A DNA stretch of 64,000 nt, from NCBI GenBank assembly GCA_043228905.1, contig JBHGNT010000006.1, positions 5,270,001 to 5,334,000 of the forward strand, in the 5' to 3' direction. The notes beneath the pieces were generated by a model. It did no database searches. It was not told the DNA's origin and worked only from the letters and a program-made list of their open reading frames with translations. The translations under genes were made by a program, and so were the position numbers. The stretch comes from Azolla caroliniana (taxonomy: Eukaryota > Plantae > Polypodiophyta). Shown here in pieces: positions 11,901-24,430 of the stretch (position 1 is the first letter of the stretch; every line of letters starts with the position of its first letter).

Positions 11901-14777
11901 TTTGACCTCTCCTATGAGTATGAATTAAAACAAATTTAAGACTGTTTGCTGAAGTTCAGATTTGAAGTGATTTTAATTCATCTGATGAACATCGTGGCTT
12001 CAATAAGCATGAAAATAGTCTACAGTGCACTCCAGGATGATCATGAACAAAGTTCGTGAAGTTGCTTGCTAAAAACCAGTTTCTTGGAGTGGTGGTGGTT
12101 TTCTATCGGTGAGATAAAAGCAATAACTATAAGGGACAATCACAGTTGTGTGTTATTTTCCTGATTTTGTTAAGTTATATTTATGTTTGATTGTCCATCA
12201 GGCAACTGAAGACCAGATACATTGGCAGATGAATTTTGATAGTTTTTGAAAATGGTACGATTTAGGAGCTGTTACATGTCAAATGACTTGAAACAAGTTC
12301 ACTTTCAAAGTAAAAATCCCTTCCAATAGCATGATTAAGAAGCTTGACACAATAGATTACTGTAGAAAGATACAAGAAGCTACCCATTATGTACACCAGA
12401 TATATATATATGTACACAGTAGATTCCTTCACAAATCTTCCAACCCATTATGGATATATATATGTTGATATTCTTCTCTTTCTGTCCATTTTTTGTCTTG
12501 GCCCTATTTGTTTCAGAAAATTTTATTGTAATAGCTTTCTCATAAATCTTATTATCCATTTTAAACACCAGGTTTATGCTGCAAACACTTCTTTCCTGTC
12601 AACTTTTTTACCCAAAACCTAGATTATTTTGAGAAAATGTGTTTTATCAGTAATAAATTTTAATGAAAGTTACAAATGTCAAATAGAGCTCTATAACATG
12701 TTCCAAGACCTGTCATGCCAACGTTGCCAAGATGATTTGTTGATTACGTAAAGATTTCTAAAAGAAGAAGACAAAACCTTCCTAACAATTCTATCTTTGC
12801 ATTAATTGCGCCAGCCTTGATTGCTTAAAAACCTCACATAAATTCTAAGTCTAATATGATGTATTGACATCTGCTGAACGCTGCTTTCTGGACGTCAAAC
12901 TTGTAACTCGGTTTAATATATAGTTCAAACTATGTAATTTTTTTAATAGCTCTAACTCTAAGGCTGGAAAATGCCTCACATCACCTGCTGTACTCAGCCT
13001 ACTATCTGGATCCTAGTTTCGCAATTTCCAGCCTATCAATGTGCAGTTTAATAATGCCTACTAAGTTTATTCATTAAAAAAGGGTATATAATAGGAATTG
13101 CATAATTTTTTGAGTTAAGCAAAAATTAGGCCCATGAGTTTATCAGTGATCCTTTCATCAATCACAGAAGGAACTTCTATGGTTAGTATAGAACTATCCC
13201 CCCTGTTTTACTAATGCCTGATCTCTTCATACCAGCTACTTCCTTTAATCACATGATTCAGAAGCTAGATCCTTACAACTGGCACTTTGGGTCTTCATTC
13301 TAGGAAAACGAACTATTTGACCACGAGATTCATTGAAAAAAAACGGTTATAGATTCACTAGATAGGTAAAAGTATACAAGCATACGGCGTAGAATGCAAT
13401 TAAAAATAGGCTTTCAATTACTCTTATTCACTAGTTGGAAGAAGATTATTACTTAACTTTAATTTAACAGCCAATCGTATATAATAGCTTATGAGCTAGG
13501 AAATGTCATGGCAAATATTCTTGCTCAATGACATTGACTTGATTTGGGCACACCATTAGAACATCTTTGATCGTAATCTGATAAGACTCCAGTATATTGC
13601 AATCAATCGAAGTTTAATGGCACCAAAAGAAAATACCTCGGGGGGTCTGGTCAGGACTGATGGTCGTATTTCCGGAGAAAACTGCTACATTTGATTCTTT
13701 CAACTTCAAATATCTCTGAATGGCTATGGCATCATTACCCTCCAGGTCTAGTGGTTTCTTGGGAGATTCATCTGAAGTATTCTGCATTTTTATGTTTTTC
13801 GAAAAATCAGTTCCATCTTCCAAAGCAATATCTACTTGAGAAGAAGATGACCCAACACTCTTTTCTAATTCTGGAGCACATAAGGATGTATCGCATGTCC
13901 TGTCTCCTCGCAAATCAATAGCATTCCCTTTAGCTATGTTTTGTGATTTGTCAACATCACAAATATCATTCGCTCTCATATCTTTGCCTGCCATTGCACT
14001 CCTTTCGACATCATCATGTACATTCTCCACAGGCGTACATACTCTGTTATTAAGAGAATCTGCACCTAAAGACATGTGTTCTTGTTTACTAGTATTATAG
14101 CCATTTTCTTGATCTTCCTTTGCTTTTTGCTCTTCTAGGACCAGAACATCACCCATACTCTCCATGGTAACATGATTTTCTGAAGTACTTTCAGTATGGG
14201 CCGTATTAGTATAATTTTCTAAAATGCTTTTAGTATGGGTTGCTTCACAACAAGCGACAGTGTTGACATCAGTCCCACATTCAGCTGAACCAGTACAAAC
14301 AGCTGATCTATTACACGCTTCTGATCCATTTAGTCCAGTATGGATACTATTGCTGTCTTCATTTTCACTTAACTCACATGTAGAAACCCTTCCAGTAGAC
14401 GTTGTTGGCCAAATTTCTTCTTGTACCATTGATTGATCTCTTAAGGTGCCATTGCCATCATCAACATGATAATGTGCTTCTTCAATACTAGAATTGGCAT
14501 TAGAATACTGATAAATACCTGCTATTGAACTTGTTGAGGCATGATCGATAGCTACGTTTGGTGGTGGTGAAGAAGGTTCTGAAAATGGCGAAGATGACGA
14601 TGAAGATGAGCCTGATGCAGAAGAAGGTGCAGAGATCTCTTTTTGTGAAGATGGAGAAGATGCAAATGACTGTGTATGAGATGGAGAAGAGGATGAAGTG
14701 GATGAAGAGGATAATGATGAAGATGAGCTTTCATGTGGGTTTGTTCCTTCTTCTTCGATAATTTCTTGATTTTCCAT
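2969..14777 (-). CDS. UGT80: UDP-glucose:sterol 3-beta-glucosyltransferase (UGT80A-like), 14 exons, ~936 aa
   Basis: Exons (minus): 14777-13637, 11366-11191, 10398-10165, 10069-9958, 9867-9700, 9608-9545, 8631-8574, 8475-8298, 8164-8034, 7845-7743, 7617-7541, 6884-6837, 5627-5478, 3139-2969. All GT-AG and phase-consistent. Motifs QIAMLIVGTRGDVQPF, AIIANPPAYG, HHGGAGTTAAG, PFFGDQPFWG. Exon 1 is the least certain. Confidence 0.93.
3390..4410 (+). mobile_element. Degenerate Ty1/Copia LTR-retrotransposon internal fragment in the UGT80 last intron
   Basis: Protease-like LDSGVTDH; RT-like EFEMKKLGKLKYFLRIEV..SQQKYV and YQNLVGKLIY; YTDAD; RNaseH-end QLVADILSK; purine tract TTGAGGGGAG followed by TG; stops and deletions. 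Confidence 0.85.
4695..4788 (+). mobile_element. Short tRNA-derived SINE-like insertion with TSD
   Basis: A-box-like TATTCTAGTGGTAA, T-arm-like CTGAG-TTCAAT-CTCAG, A tail; direct repeat AAAACCACT at 4686-4694 and 4789-4797. Confidence 0.55.
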
Positions 14778-15654
14778 GACCTTACAATATGTGAGCCATT
14801 TTCACTCTCGTTTTTCTCTCTGTCCGTCTAATGAATATAAATCTCATTACATGGTAGAACGTAGATCTGTAGAGAAAAATGGAACTCTTTACACTCCCCC
14901 TCTCGCTCTTCTTACGTACTGAAAAGCTTGAATTTTGTGAAGAAAACACAGGAATATGATTCCTTCGGATGTGAGAAGCTCAACAAAATCGCCCAAGAAG
15001 CTGTATTGGAAGGAAACGCAGATGAAGTAGGGTTTCATGGGAAGGGAAAGAAGTAATCAGTGGCTCTTGAGGATGATGATGTACAAGGGGGGGGGCTGGA
15101 TTCCGCGAGCTGTTGTTGTCATCATCATCAATGTGCCAAAAAAATGTCCATAAATTAGTGTTGCGTATACATACATAGAGAAAAATCACAGAAATTCTGC
15201 GTGTCTTCTTTCATTCCAGGAGATATATGTATCATCAGATTCAGAATGTAGATTGTAAAACTTGTGTAAGGTATGTATGTCAAAATGACCTACAGATATG
15301 CATTTGAAACAAACTATTCACTAATGTACATACATACATACATATTTCGGCCCGAGTTATGACCCGAGGAAGGCCGATTGGGTCAATCGTATCTCGGACA
15401 CCGAAGTCTATGAATCCTTATACATTCGAGCAATGACCAAAGAAACCGTAAATAAATAAATAAATAGGACTTGCATATATATTCTTGAACTCTCGTGATT
15501 GAAGGAAGTAAATTAGGTTCAAACCCAAACATTCTAGAACTCACACCACCACCCCTCCACCCCCATTTGAGTGAGGACCCAGGTAACGTAAAGTCGAGTT
15601 TGCATTCTCGATGGGCATGAGTAAATAACATGTTCCCCAAGTTTGCTTAAAATC

Positions 15655-15656
<2 letters not shown>

Positions 15657-15732
<76 letters not shown>
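15657..15732. repeat. (GT)n microsatellite
   Basis: Long pure GT run. Confidence 0.98.
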
Positions 15733-15734
<2 letters not shown>

Positions 15735-16898
15735 TCGTGATCTATGCTTATATTCATTCAGGGATAACGTCACTTCTTCATGTATGGTGGTGGGTATGCA
15801 TGCTCGCGATCCTGTCTTGAGGACAATTTTTGGCCATCTCTCATTCCAGAGATTGCCATCCACAATGCAATGTTTTTGTGATTTGTTTCTGGAACCTATA
15901 TATACGTGAAATTATGGTCATAACATCATAACCACCTCTCTATGTGGTAAAGTAAATATTTACCAACCCATGCAGTAGATTCAAACCCCATTACATGCAC
16001 TCGTTTATAATCTCTCTTTCTTTTTCTTTCTACGGTGTTGTATATTTATTAACTAGTGCATTACGAGTCAAACTCACTACATGCACTCATTTTTTACATA
16101 ACACACGGGATGTTTGTTGTCCAGCAAACATTGTATATTTACTAACGAATTCATTGAATGCCTATGACTCGTTATCCAAATGACTCATTATCCAACCAAT
16201 GTGTTGCATGCTTCTGTGACTTGTGCCAAAGAAGCTAGGTAGATATCTTCAATTGGTCCGACCGTGAAGAGAGCTTCTTTAACATCAACAATCTTTGTAA
16301 TTGCAATATTAGTGATCATTTATTGGAAAAAACATTAAATAAATAAATATACATTAGTGATTGTGGCTCATGGCCTCAATATTGCTAGTGGTTACAACAA
16401 CTACCATTGATTCAACATTTATAGTGTTATAATGTAACCTGCGTCGCATCGATCTCAAATAAGAGGGGTCACTTTGTGATTGTTAAGAGAAATGACATAT
16501 CGTTTGGTTCTAAGTTCTAACAATCTACAAAGATATGCAATAAACATGATCATATTGTAATTCATGGGGAACTTCCCTTTATTAGGTGGCAATGGTAATG
16601 CCGAATAGACTTGTAATCTGAAATGGACACTACGGGGGTTCCAATTTGTAAAAAACGGCAATAGCTCTCATGCAGGTGCCCTAAATTGTGCTCGTATTTT
16701 GGTTCGCATTCTCTCCCCTTTCCTTTCACCAAGAAGCCCCTTTCTTCCAAATAGTTATTCCACACAATTGTTTGATATATACATGTTTTTAACTTTGCAA
16801 AATCTATTTAATCAAGTCATTTCATATGTTTCCCATCTAGTGATTCTATATTTAATCAATACAAACATGTTTCTTAATCTCTATGATGATTAGGTGCG

Positions 16899-17238
16899 TG
16901 TTAATATTAGTTTAACTTAAGATGCCTTAATTGAGACTTTATTGTGACATAAGGGGCACATATCATTATGTTATTTTTAATAAAAGACAACGTTAAACGT
17001 TGTAAAAAGCATGTGACCTTGATTGTGATGTTTACAATTGTTTCTATGTTGGAACACAATGGTAAATGTTAATATTAGTTTAACTTGAGATGCCTTAATT
17101 GAGACTTTACTGCGACATAAGAGGTGCATATCATTATGTCATTTTTAATAAAAGGCAATGTTAAACGTTGTAAAAAGCACATGACCTTGATTGTGATGTT
17201 TACAATTGTTTCTATGTTGGAACACAATGCTAAATGTT
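16899..17238. repeat. ~168-bp tandem duplication
   Basis: GTTAATATTAGTTTAACTT.AGATGCCTTAATTGAGACTTTA...GTTGGAACACAATG.TAAAT occurs twice. Confidence 0.9.
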
Positions 17239-18279
17239 ACAATAAAAAAATGGCATTTAGCTTTTGGATTTTAGCTAAATGTATACAAGAAACATGATTA
17301 TATCATAATGTGCGGGGAATGGCTCTTTATAAGGTGGCAATGGCTAATGTGTAATGAGTTTGTATGTAATGGACCCTTTCAGGTCGGGGTTTCTAGCATG
17401 TATAAAAAAGGGCAAAGAGCCCTCATGTAAAAATGGTCTTTGGATGCCTTGAGTTACCTTTTCGGTCTTTAGTGCTTACCCTTTACATCCACCGAGAGCC
17501 ACTTTCCTCCATGTAGCCTTTCTCAACGATTATCTCTTTGATTGAGCCATGTATGTTTTTTATTTGGTAATTGTCTACTTAATCGAGATAAATATGCAAG
17601 TTTCATCTCAATGCTTATCTATTTGATTGAGACATCTATGTTTTTTATCTATTTAATCAAGACAAACACATATATTATCCGGGAATGATTGGTTGTGTGA
17701 CGATTATAGTTTAACTTAATATGCCTTTGAGGCTTCCATGGCTGCATAGAGAGGTGTGGTAAATGCTTTTATGTGTCGGAAGTATGACGTCACTCCCCGG
17801 TGGCAAAGACCATGTCATGCTTCCAAACCTTATGAATATTGTCAGAGTTGTGAAAATAGAAACCATGCGTGAGGAACTTTTTCGCATATAAGTAGCGAGC
17901 ACCGAGAATATTAAAACAACACGACACTACAAAAGCAACTCTTGACATTCTTTGTACATCAATGACAAGTCAATTGCAATAAGTACTTGATTTGGTTTTG
18001 TTTTCAGGCGACATACTTGTTGTGTACCATACGAAAACCATAAAAGAAAACCTATTTCTCATACTTCAATTGTATCCCATATATGTACCCCAAAACCTCA
18101 TATGTTGGAGAGGGTAAAGGCACTAGCTCCCCGAGCAAAAAAACCACTAAAAGGGTGGCAAAGAATTCCCAACTAACAATGCCCAAAGTTGTGACACAAC
18201 CACCCATATGAAATGGCACAAGCAACTTGACGACATATATTCTCTCTTCTTCTTTGAGAGGGAAAAGAGCATAATCGTT

Positions 18280-18505
18280 GTATTTTGGGGAACTCGAAAA
18301 TGCAGGGGTATTCTTTGGAGTTATAAAACTTAGTAGGGGTATATCAAGGAATTATGAAAACTTAGAATGGGTATTCTTGGAGCTTCATAAACCAATAGAG
18401 GTACATTGGGAATTATGGAAATATAGGGGCATATTGGGAACTATGAAAATGCAGGGGTAAAGCAGGAATTTATGGAAATATCTATAGGGGTATATTTAGA
18501 ATTTT
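18280..18505. repeat. Degenerate ~30-bp minisatellite upstream of CDKG
   Basis: Recurring GGGGTATATTGGGAATTATGAAAA-like units, about 7 copies. Confidence 0.7.
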
Positions 18506-18567
18506 GTGTAAATTAGGTTTGTGTCGTGTATTCGCTAGTACTGTAGCAAAGGCACGTTGCTTTTTTT

Positions 18568-18658
18568 TTTTAGGGTTTCTATGTGTGCAGAGAGACGAAA
18601 TTAGGTTTTTACGCCATCGCCAGAGAAGCAGCTGGTGATCGTGACGAAGTTAGGGTTG
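18568..18658 (+). promoter_or_regulatory. Telo-box-like motifs (TAGGGTT) in the CDKG proximal promoter/5'UTR
   Basis: TTTAGGGTTT at ~18569 and TTAGGGTT at ~18651, just before ATG 18692. Confidence 0.45.
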
Positions 18659-18691
18659 TTAGAAAACCAGAAGAACCTTCAATCATTTCTC

Positions 18692-21532
18692 ATGGCAGAA
18701 GAAGAAGAAGAAGAAGATGGAGAATACAGAGAGCCTGGAGAGCTGCATGAAGACTCCGTTGAATCTCTGCAAGACCCTTTAGAGAGGAACGAGATGAAGC
18801 AGAATACAAAAGAGATGGATTTTTCCCACAAGGAGAAGAAAAGGAAATCCATTAATATTTGTTCTAGGTCAACTTCTGGCTCGAGATATGCATCGATCAC
18901 ATCTACCGATTCAAAAGATGTACAGGTACGCTTGAGTGAAGGCAATGAAGATATTGGTAAGTTTAGAGCTAGAGCTTCTCGATGGGGAGAAGAGGCTCCA
19001 TTATGTTCAGACGAGGCTTCAGAACTTCAGTTTGATGTAAAAAATGGAGATCTGGGAAAAAAGGATGTTTTCCAACCTTCAAAAGAATATAGATGGTCAG
19101 AAGAGACTTCATCATCGCCATCACCATTGTCTGTAAAGACTTGTGCAATGCAGAAAGATTATGATTATCTAACTTCAAGAGCATCTAGATGTTCAGAAGA
19201 GACTTCGCTTATTGTGGAAAATTCATCATCTTTTCAAGTAAAAAATCATATCTCGCAGCAGAAGGATGATTTTAAAGCTTCAAAAACATCGAGACGGTCA
19301 GAAAAGACACTGGGCATTGACGGGAAGTTATCATCATCTCGTGTGAAGAATCAAAACTTACTGAAAAAGGATAATTTACAAGCTTCAGTAGAGGCTCCAC
19401 CTAATGAGGAAAAGTCATTGTCTTTTAATGAAACAAATCATGTCTTGCAGAAGAAGGATGATTTTCGAGTTTCAAAGGCTTCTAGATGGTCAGAAGAGAC
19501 TTCAACTAGAAAAGAAAAGCTATCATCATTTCATGTGAAGAATCAAGAATTGCTGAAAAAGGCTGATTTTGAAGCTTCAAAAGCATCTAGATGGTCAGAA
19601 GAGGTTTCACCTAGTGAAGAAAAGCTGTCATCATCTAGTATAAAGAATCAAGACTGGCAGGAAAGGGATGGTTTCAAAGCTTCAAAAGCATCACGATGGT
19701 CAGCGGAGACCTCACCTAGCAAGGAAAAAGTATCATCATCTCATGTAAAGAATAATGTCTTGCAGAAGAAGGATGATTTCCAAATTTCAGAAAAATCTAG
19801 ATGGTTAGAAGAGACGTCACCTAGAAAGAAAAAGCCATCATCATTGCATTTAAAGAATCGAGACTTGCAGAAAAAGGTTGATTTTGAAGTTTCAAAAGCA
19901 ACTAGATGGTCAAAAGAGACTTCACATTGTGAGGAGAAGCCTTTTCTGTTTGGTGTTAAAAATCAAGACTTGGAGAAGAACGATTCTTTTGAGATCAAAA
20001 GCGAACTTTCAACTGATGACGATGATGACAGTTCAGAAGAAGATGAAAAATCTCATGAATATATGAAAATTAAGTCTCATTTTCACAAAATTAATGGTGC
20101 GATTGAATCTCCCTGTTCAAAGAGAAAAAGTTCTCCAGGGTCCGAATCACAGATATGCTTAAGACAAGATAAAGATTTGGATATGGTCAGATCTTCTCCA
20201 TGGAAAGAAGAGATTTTACTAAACAGAGAAATACCATCGATGTTTCAGGTAAAGAATCAGGACATGCAGGGTAAGGCTGATTCTGAGGCTAAAAGTGAGC
20301 ATGAAACTGATGATGAACAGGGTGTAAAATATGAACATTCCGAGGCTGATGACTATATGAAGACTAGTTTTGCTTTAGGAGAAATTAGTAGAGTGAATAT
20401 ATCTAGAGATTATTCAGTAAAAGAGTGTGGATATCCGAAAGAGGTTGATTTGAACAGTTGTAGGCATAGTAGTGATGAAAGAGTTCATGATGACGATGAA
20501 GATGGAGTGGTTTCTTTTTTTCCAGAAGAGATGGATTCTGCAGATTATAAGATAGACATGCTAAAAGGTTGCAGAAGCGTGGAAGAATTTGAGATGGTGA
20601 AAAGGATAAATGAAGGTACTTATGGTGTGGTCTACAAGGCCAAAGATAAGAAGACTGGAGAAATTATGGCTTTGAAGAAAGTGAAGATGGAGAAAGAGAG
20701 AGATGGCTTTCCCATGACTTCCCTTAGGGAAATCAATATCTTGCTTTCGATTCAGCATCCTTGTATTGTAAATGTGAAAGAAGTTGTAGTTGGCAACAGT
20801 ATGGACAGCATTTATATGGTCATGGAATACATGGAACATGATTTGAAGAGGTTTATGGGAACCTTAGAGCATCCTTTCAGCCAAAGTCAGGTAAAATGCT
20901 TGATGCTAAAACTTTTTGAAGGAATAAAGCATTTACATGACAATTGGGTTTTGCATAGAGATCTGAAGACTTCAAATATCCTTTTGAATAATCAAGGTGA
21001 CCTCAAAATTTGCGACTTTGGTCTGGCTAGGCAATATGGAAGCCCTCTCAAAACATACACTAGTTTGGTTGTAACACTATGGTACAGGTCTCCGGAGCTA
21101 CTACTTGGGTGCAAAGAGTACTCCACAGCTGTAGACATGTGGTCTTTGGGATGCATCATGGCCGAGCTGCTCTCGAAAGAGCCCTTATTTTGTGGAAAAA
21201 ATGAAGTTGATCAAATTGATAAGATATTCAGAACTTTAGGAACTCCGGATGAGACAATCTGGCCAGATTTCTCAAACTTACCAGGGGTAAAGTGTAGTTT
21301 TGTCAAGCAACGCTTTAACAGGCTAAGGGAGAAATTTCCACCTACAGCTTTTGCAGGTGGGGTAACCTTATCGAATAAAGGTTTTGATCTTTTGAGCAGA
21401 CTGTTGATGTATGATCCAAAGAAACGAATAACATCAGAAGATGCTTTAAATCATGAATGGTTTAAGGAATTCCCACTTCCAATAATGCCTGATTTGTCGA
21501 GCTTGAAGAGGACAGGAGTTTCTACATGGTGA
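18692..21532 (+). CDS. CDKG: Cyclin-dependent kinase G (CDK11/PITSLRE-like), continuous ORF, 946 aa
   Basis: [18 protein letters not shown], cyclin-binding helix [35 protein letters not shown]. First ATG is at 18692 (the ORF track starts at an upstream GTG). Confidence 0.95.
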   Translation: MAEEEEEEDGEYREPGELHEDSVESLQDPLERNEMKQNTKEMDFSHKEKKRKSINICSRSTSGSRYASITSTDSKDVQVRLSEGNEDIGKFRARASRWGEEAPLCSDEASELQFDVKNGDLGKKDVFQPSKEYRWSEETSSSPSPLSVKTCAMQKDYDYLTSRASRCSEETSLIVENSSSFQVKNHISQQKDDFKASKTSRRSEKTLGIDGKLSSSRVKNQNLLKKDNLQASVEAPPNEEKSLSFNETNHVLQKKDDFRVSKASRWSEETSTRKEKLSSFHVKNQELLKKADFEASKASRWSEEVSPSEEKLSSSSIKNQDWQERDGFKASKASRWSAETSPSKEKVSSSHVKNNVLQKKDDFQISEKSRWLEETSPRKKKPSSLHLKNRDLQKKVDFEVSKATRWSKETSHCEEKPFLFGVKNQDLEKNDSFEIKSELSTDDDDDSSEEDEKSHEYMKIKSHFHKINGAIESPCSKRKSSPGSESQICLRQDKDLDMVRSSPWKEEILLNREIPSMFQVKNQDMQGKADSEAKSEHETDDEQGVKYEHSEADDYMKTSFALGEISRVNISRDYSVKECGYPKEVDLNSCRHSSDERVHDDDEDGVVSFFPEEMDSADYKIDMLKGCRSVEEFEMVKRINEGTYGVVYKAKDKKTGEIMALKKVKMEKERDGFPMTSLREINILLSIQHPCIVNVKEVVVGNSMDSIYMVMEYMEHDLKRFMGTLEHPFSQSQVKCLMLKLFEGIKHLHDNWVLHRDLKTSNILLNNQGDLKICDFGLARQYGSPLKTYTSLVVTLWYRSPELLLGCKEYSTAVDMWSLGCIMAELLSKEPLFCGKNEVDQIDKIFRTLGTPDETIWPDFSNLPGVKCSFVKQRFNRLREKFPPTAFAGGVTLSNKGFDLLSRLLMYDPKKRITSEDALNHEWFKEFPLPIMPDLSSLKRTGVSTW
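18970..20000 (+). repeat. 105-bp (35-aa) coding tandem repeat, ~10 degenerate copies, in the CDKG N-terminus
   Basis: Consensus ~[35 protein letters not shown]; TCTAGATGGTCAGAA-like motif recurs every 105 bp. Confidence 0.9.
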
Positions 21533-23531
21533 TTGAAGAGGGGATAGTCACATGATGAAATGAATCATTTCCCCCCTTAAGAGGGAGTACATTACCATCC
21601 GGTGGCATCAGATTTTGAGTTCTTTGATTTGTTATGTTATATGGCATCTTCGATGCGGGTATGTTCATGTTTGTATCTTTATTGTTCCAATACATTTTAT
21701 GTTTTTCCTGAAGGAGCATTGTTTTAGATGTTCAGAGGGTATCCATGAACGAAGGAGAGCATGAACTGCAAAATGCGTGGAGCTTCTATTACTCAATGAC
21801 ATGGAATGAATTGTGAAGTAAGCCATGTAACTAGCTTTAATGTTCAGCAAAGTTCTCTGGAAAAATAACTAAATTCAACTGTCAGATTCATTTCACTAAA
21901 ACAAAGATGGATATGAAGGTGGAATGAAAAAATCTCCAAAGATGTTGGTGGCAGAATCATCTACACTATAACGAGTTCTACGGCAGAGAATGACATGTGA
22001 ACCACTAATATAATTTATAATGTGAAGACATAGTTGCAACATGTAAGATGACCATCATTAAACTGTTGATCAATTTGGGTATTTGTAGTGCGGCTCGTTC
22101 ATCACAGCCTTTGGTGGTTATGGTGAACATGTGGAGACAAATAACACTGCATATACTTGTCCATTTTATAAAATATTCATTTACCTGCTTAATTGTGTGG
22201 GTGTTACACTTATGTCTGTTGCTCTTGCATTGGGATAGTAACAATGTCTCCTTTTGTAAGTTTTTATGTGAATATTTGGTCCTCATAGCCATGCTTCTAA
22301 TTAGCTTTGGGAAATGTTACGGATAAAACCTAATAAAGTCTCAGTGAAATAAAATCCAAGCTTGGACTTCAGCACTATTAATAAGAGTGGATAAAGGTCT
22401 CAAGTGATTGGACAGCTAGACAAATAAGAATTTAGTGAATAGTTTTAAACGTTTGAATGCTATAAATCATGCCCTTTTGCTTTCCATTGTGAAACTTCTG
22501 GAAGATAGGAAACATTGGAACTTACTCATGTTGCTTCTGAAGCTTTTCTCCGCTGTATTCGTAATGCTTTGAAAGGTTTGTTAAGATATTATCTGGATAT
22601 TTATTTGTTTCTAATAACAAACCTTTGATCACAAGGGGTGATCAAATGTGTTTAGTTAGATTGATTTTTATTACTATGATTTGCTGCGGATTCAAATGAT
22701 ACCTCATTACATTAAAGAAATGCCCTTATAGTTGCAGAAACTCTGAAAGTATGTTTAGTTGCTTGTAGGGGGACAATCTGAGGTGGCCAAATGGAGGATG
22801 AGGGGTGAATAGCATGTATATCCATCATAATTAGCGCAGTATCTGTTGATTTTTGTTGATTTTCACGTCCTTATAAGATTGATAAAGAATGCACAATAGA
22901 ATGAAACATGACATACATTGACTATAATCCAAGGCACATAGAGAAATTGCAAGAAGATAGGAGAGATTGAGTGTGTATTTTGATTGTATGTCAAGGGAGC
23001 ATCACATCATCATTACATTATTGTTAAACAAGGTTCAAATGTATCATTGCCATCATATTAATTGGTCAATCTACAACATCATTACGGGATTAATTCATGG
23101 ATACATCATTTACATATTTTCCGTAACAAAGGCATTCACATGTTAGTTAGTATATGTTATTCTTGGATTTTGTTTGATCATTTCACTTGTGGTACTTATG
23201 TCACATTATTAGAGAATATCCTTTGTGACCAAATTCTATGATATTTTAACATTGTCTTACTAACATCACCTTTACTACAAGTTCTTTTGCACAATTGAAC
23301 ATGTATTTTTCTACCAGCATTCAATATTGATGACATTCTTTTTAACTTGCCTCATTAATTGGACCTTTTTTTTCAAGATGGTAGTCTTTTACACTCTTTT
23401 CAAAGATGTGGAAATTTGGGGAGTTGGTTCTTGTTGATGTTTGTCTTTTGGGAAGCTATAAAGCAGGCATTGGGTCATATTCTTGAAAGGGTTTTTGGAG
23501 TTGTTTTGAGTCTTTTGACGTATGGTAAGAA

Positions 23532-23685
23532 TATTTCTAGGGAAAGTTGTGGGAGAAGTTTTTTTAGGGATATTATATTTTTTTCCAGCAAGAGAAGATG
23601 CATGGAGATATTTCTAGGGAAGGTTTTGGGAGAAGTTTTTTAGGGATATTACATTTTTTTCAAGCAAGAGGAAGATGCATGGAGC
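23532..23685. repeat. ~77-bp tandem duplication
   Basis: TATTTCTAGGGAA.GTT.TGGGAGAAGTTTTTTAGGGATATT...GATGCATGGAG twice. Confidence 0.85.
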
Positions 23686-24255
23686 TTCACAACAACACTA
23701 AACAACTTGTCATGGATTGGTAAACCCAATATGAGATGATTTTTCATTCTAAGTATGGATGGATCTTAGCTTGGATTATTATGCATGTTTATGGTAGTTT
23801 TTTAATTCATTCTTTTATAGCCCTAAGAGTATAGAAGTCAAAGATATGTCTTATCGAAGCTATTAAATAATTTGCTTCAATCTCTTGGAAGTGATTGGTA
23901 GTTTGTGTATATAGAGTAATGGTGCATAAAACTAGAAGAAACAATGTATGCACTCCATCCTTTCTATAGTGAAGTGAATCAAACTTGAAAATTTAAAAAC
24001 ATAATATGAAAGAACTAATTCATATACTAGATCACAATATTCACAAAGAGTTAAAAAGGGTATAATATTATGCATGTGTTCCCCACTTTTTGGTTCAATA
24101 TTTTATGGATTTTAAATTCACTTGTTTGCCTTCTTGATTGCTTGAATTGAAATGAATAAATGTGATGGTGTAGTTGACAATATTATCATTTGACCTAATT
24201 TTATAGTACAAAATCTTCATGATTTTACTTTTTCTGGCAAAGTATTCATAGGACA

Positions 24256-24430
24256 CCTTAAATATCTGCCTTACAAAAATCATTTTCAGCAAAGTTGGGA
24301 ACTACATTTTTTTCAGGCAATCATAATAAAAAACAATGTATGTGAATTAACCTTAAATATCTCCCTTACAAAAATCATTTTCAGCAAAGTTGGGAACTAC
24401 ATTTTTTTTTGACAATGTATGTGAATTAAA
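24256..24430. repeat. ~95-bp tandem duplication
   Basis: CCTTAAATATCT.CCTTACAAAAATCATTTTCAGCAAAGTTGGGAACTACATTTTTTT twice. Confidence 0.85.

Noticed and set aside
13614-14777. 387-aa ORF as a stand-alone orphan gene
   Set aside because: A phase-compatible donor at 13636 links it to the next UGT80 exon, so it is better read as exon 1.
15534-15909. ORFs with HT/CV runs; similar ORFs at 25658-25924 and 51096-51404
   Set aside because: Translations of microsatellites.
18926-20525. Alternative donor CAG|GTACGC for the CDKG exitron
   Set aside because: 1600 nt to the acceptor is not a multiple of 3 and would frameshift; the 18957 donor is in frame and closer to consensus.
21818-22768. Possible 3'UTR intron of CDKG (GTAAGC ... 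TTGTAG)
   Set aside because: Only motif-level support; such sites are frequent by chance and transcript data are needed.
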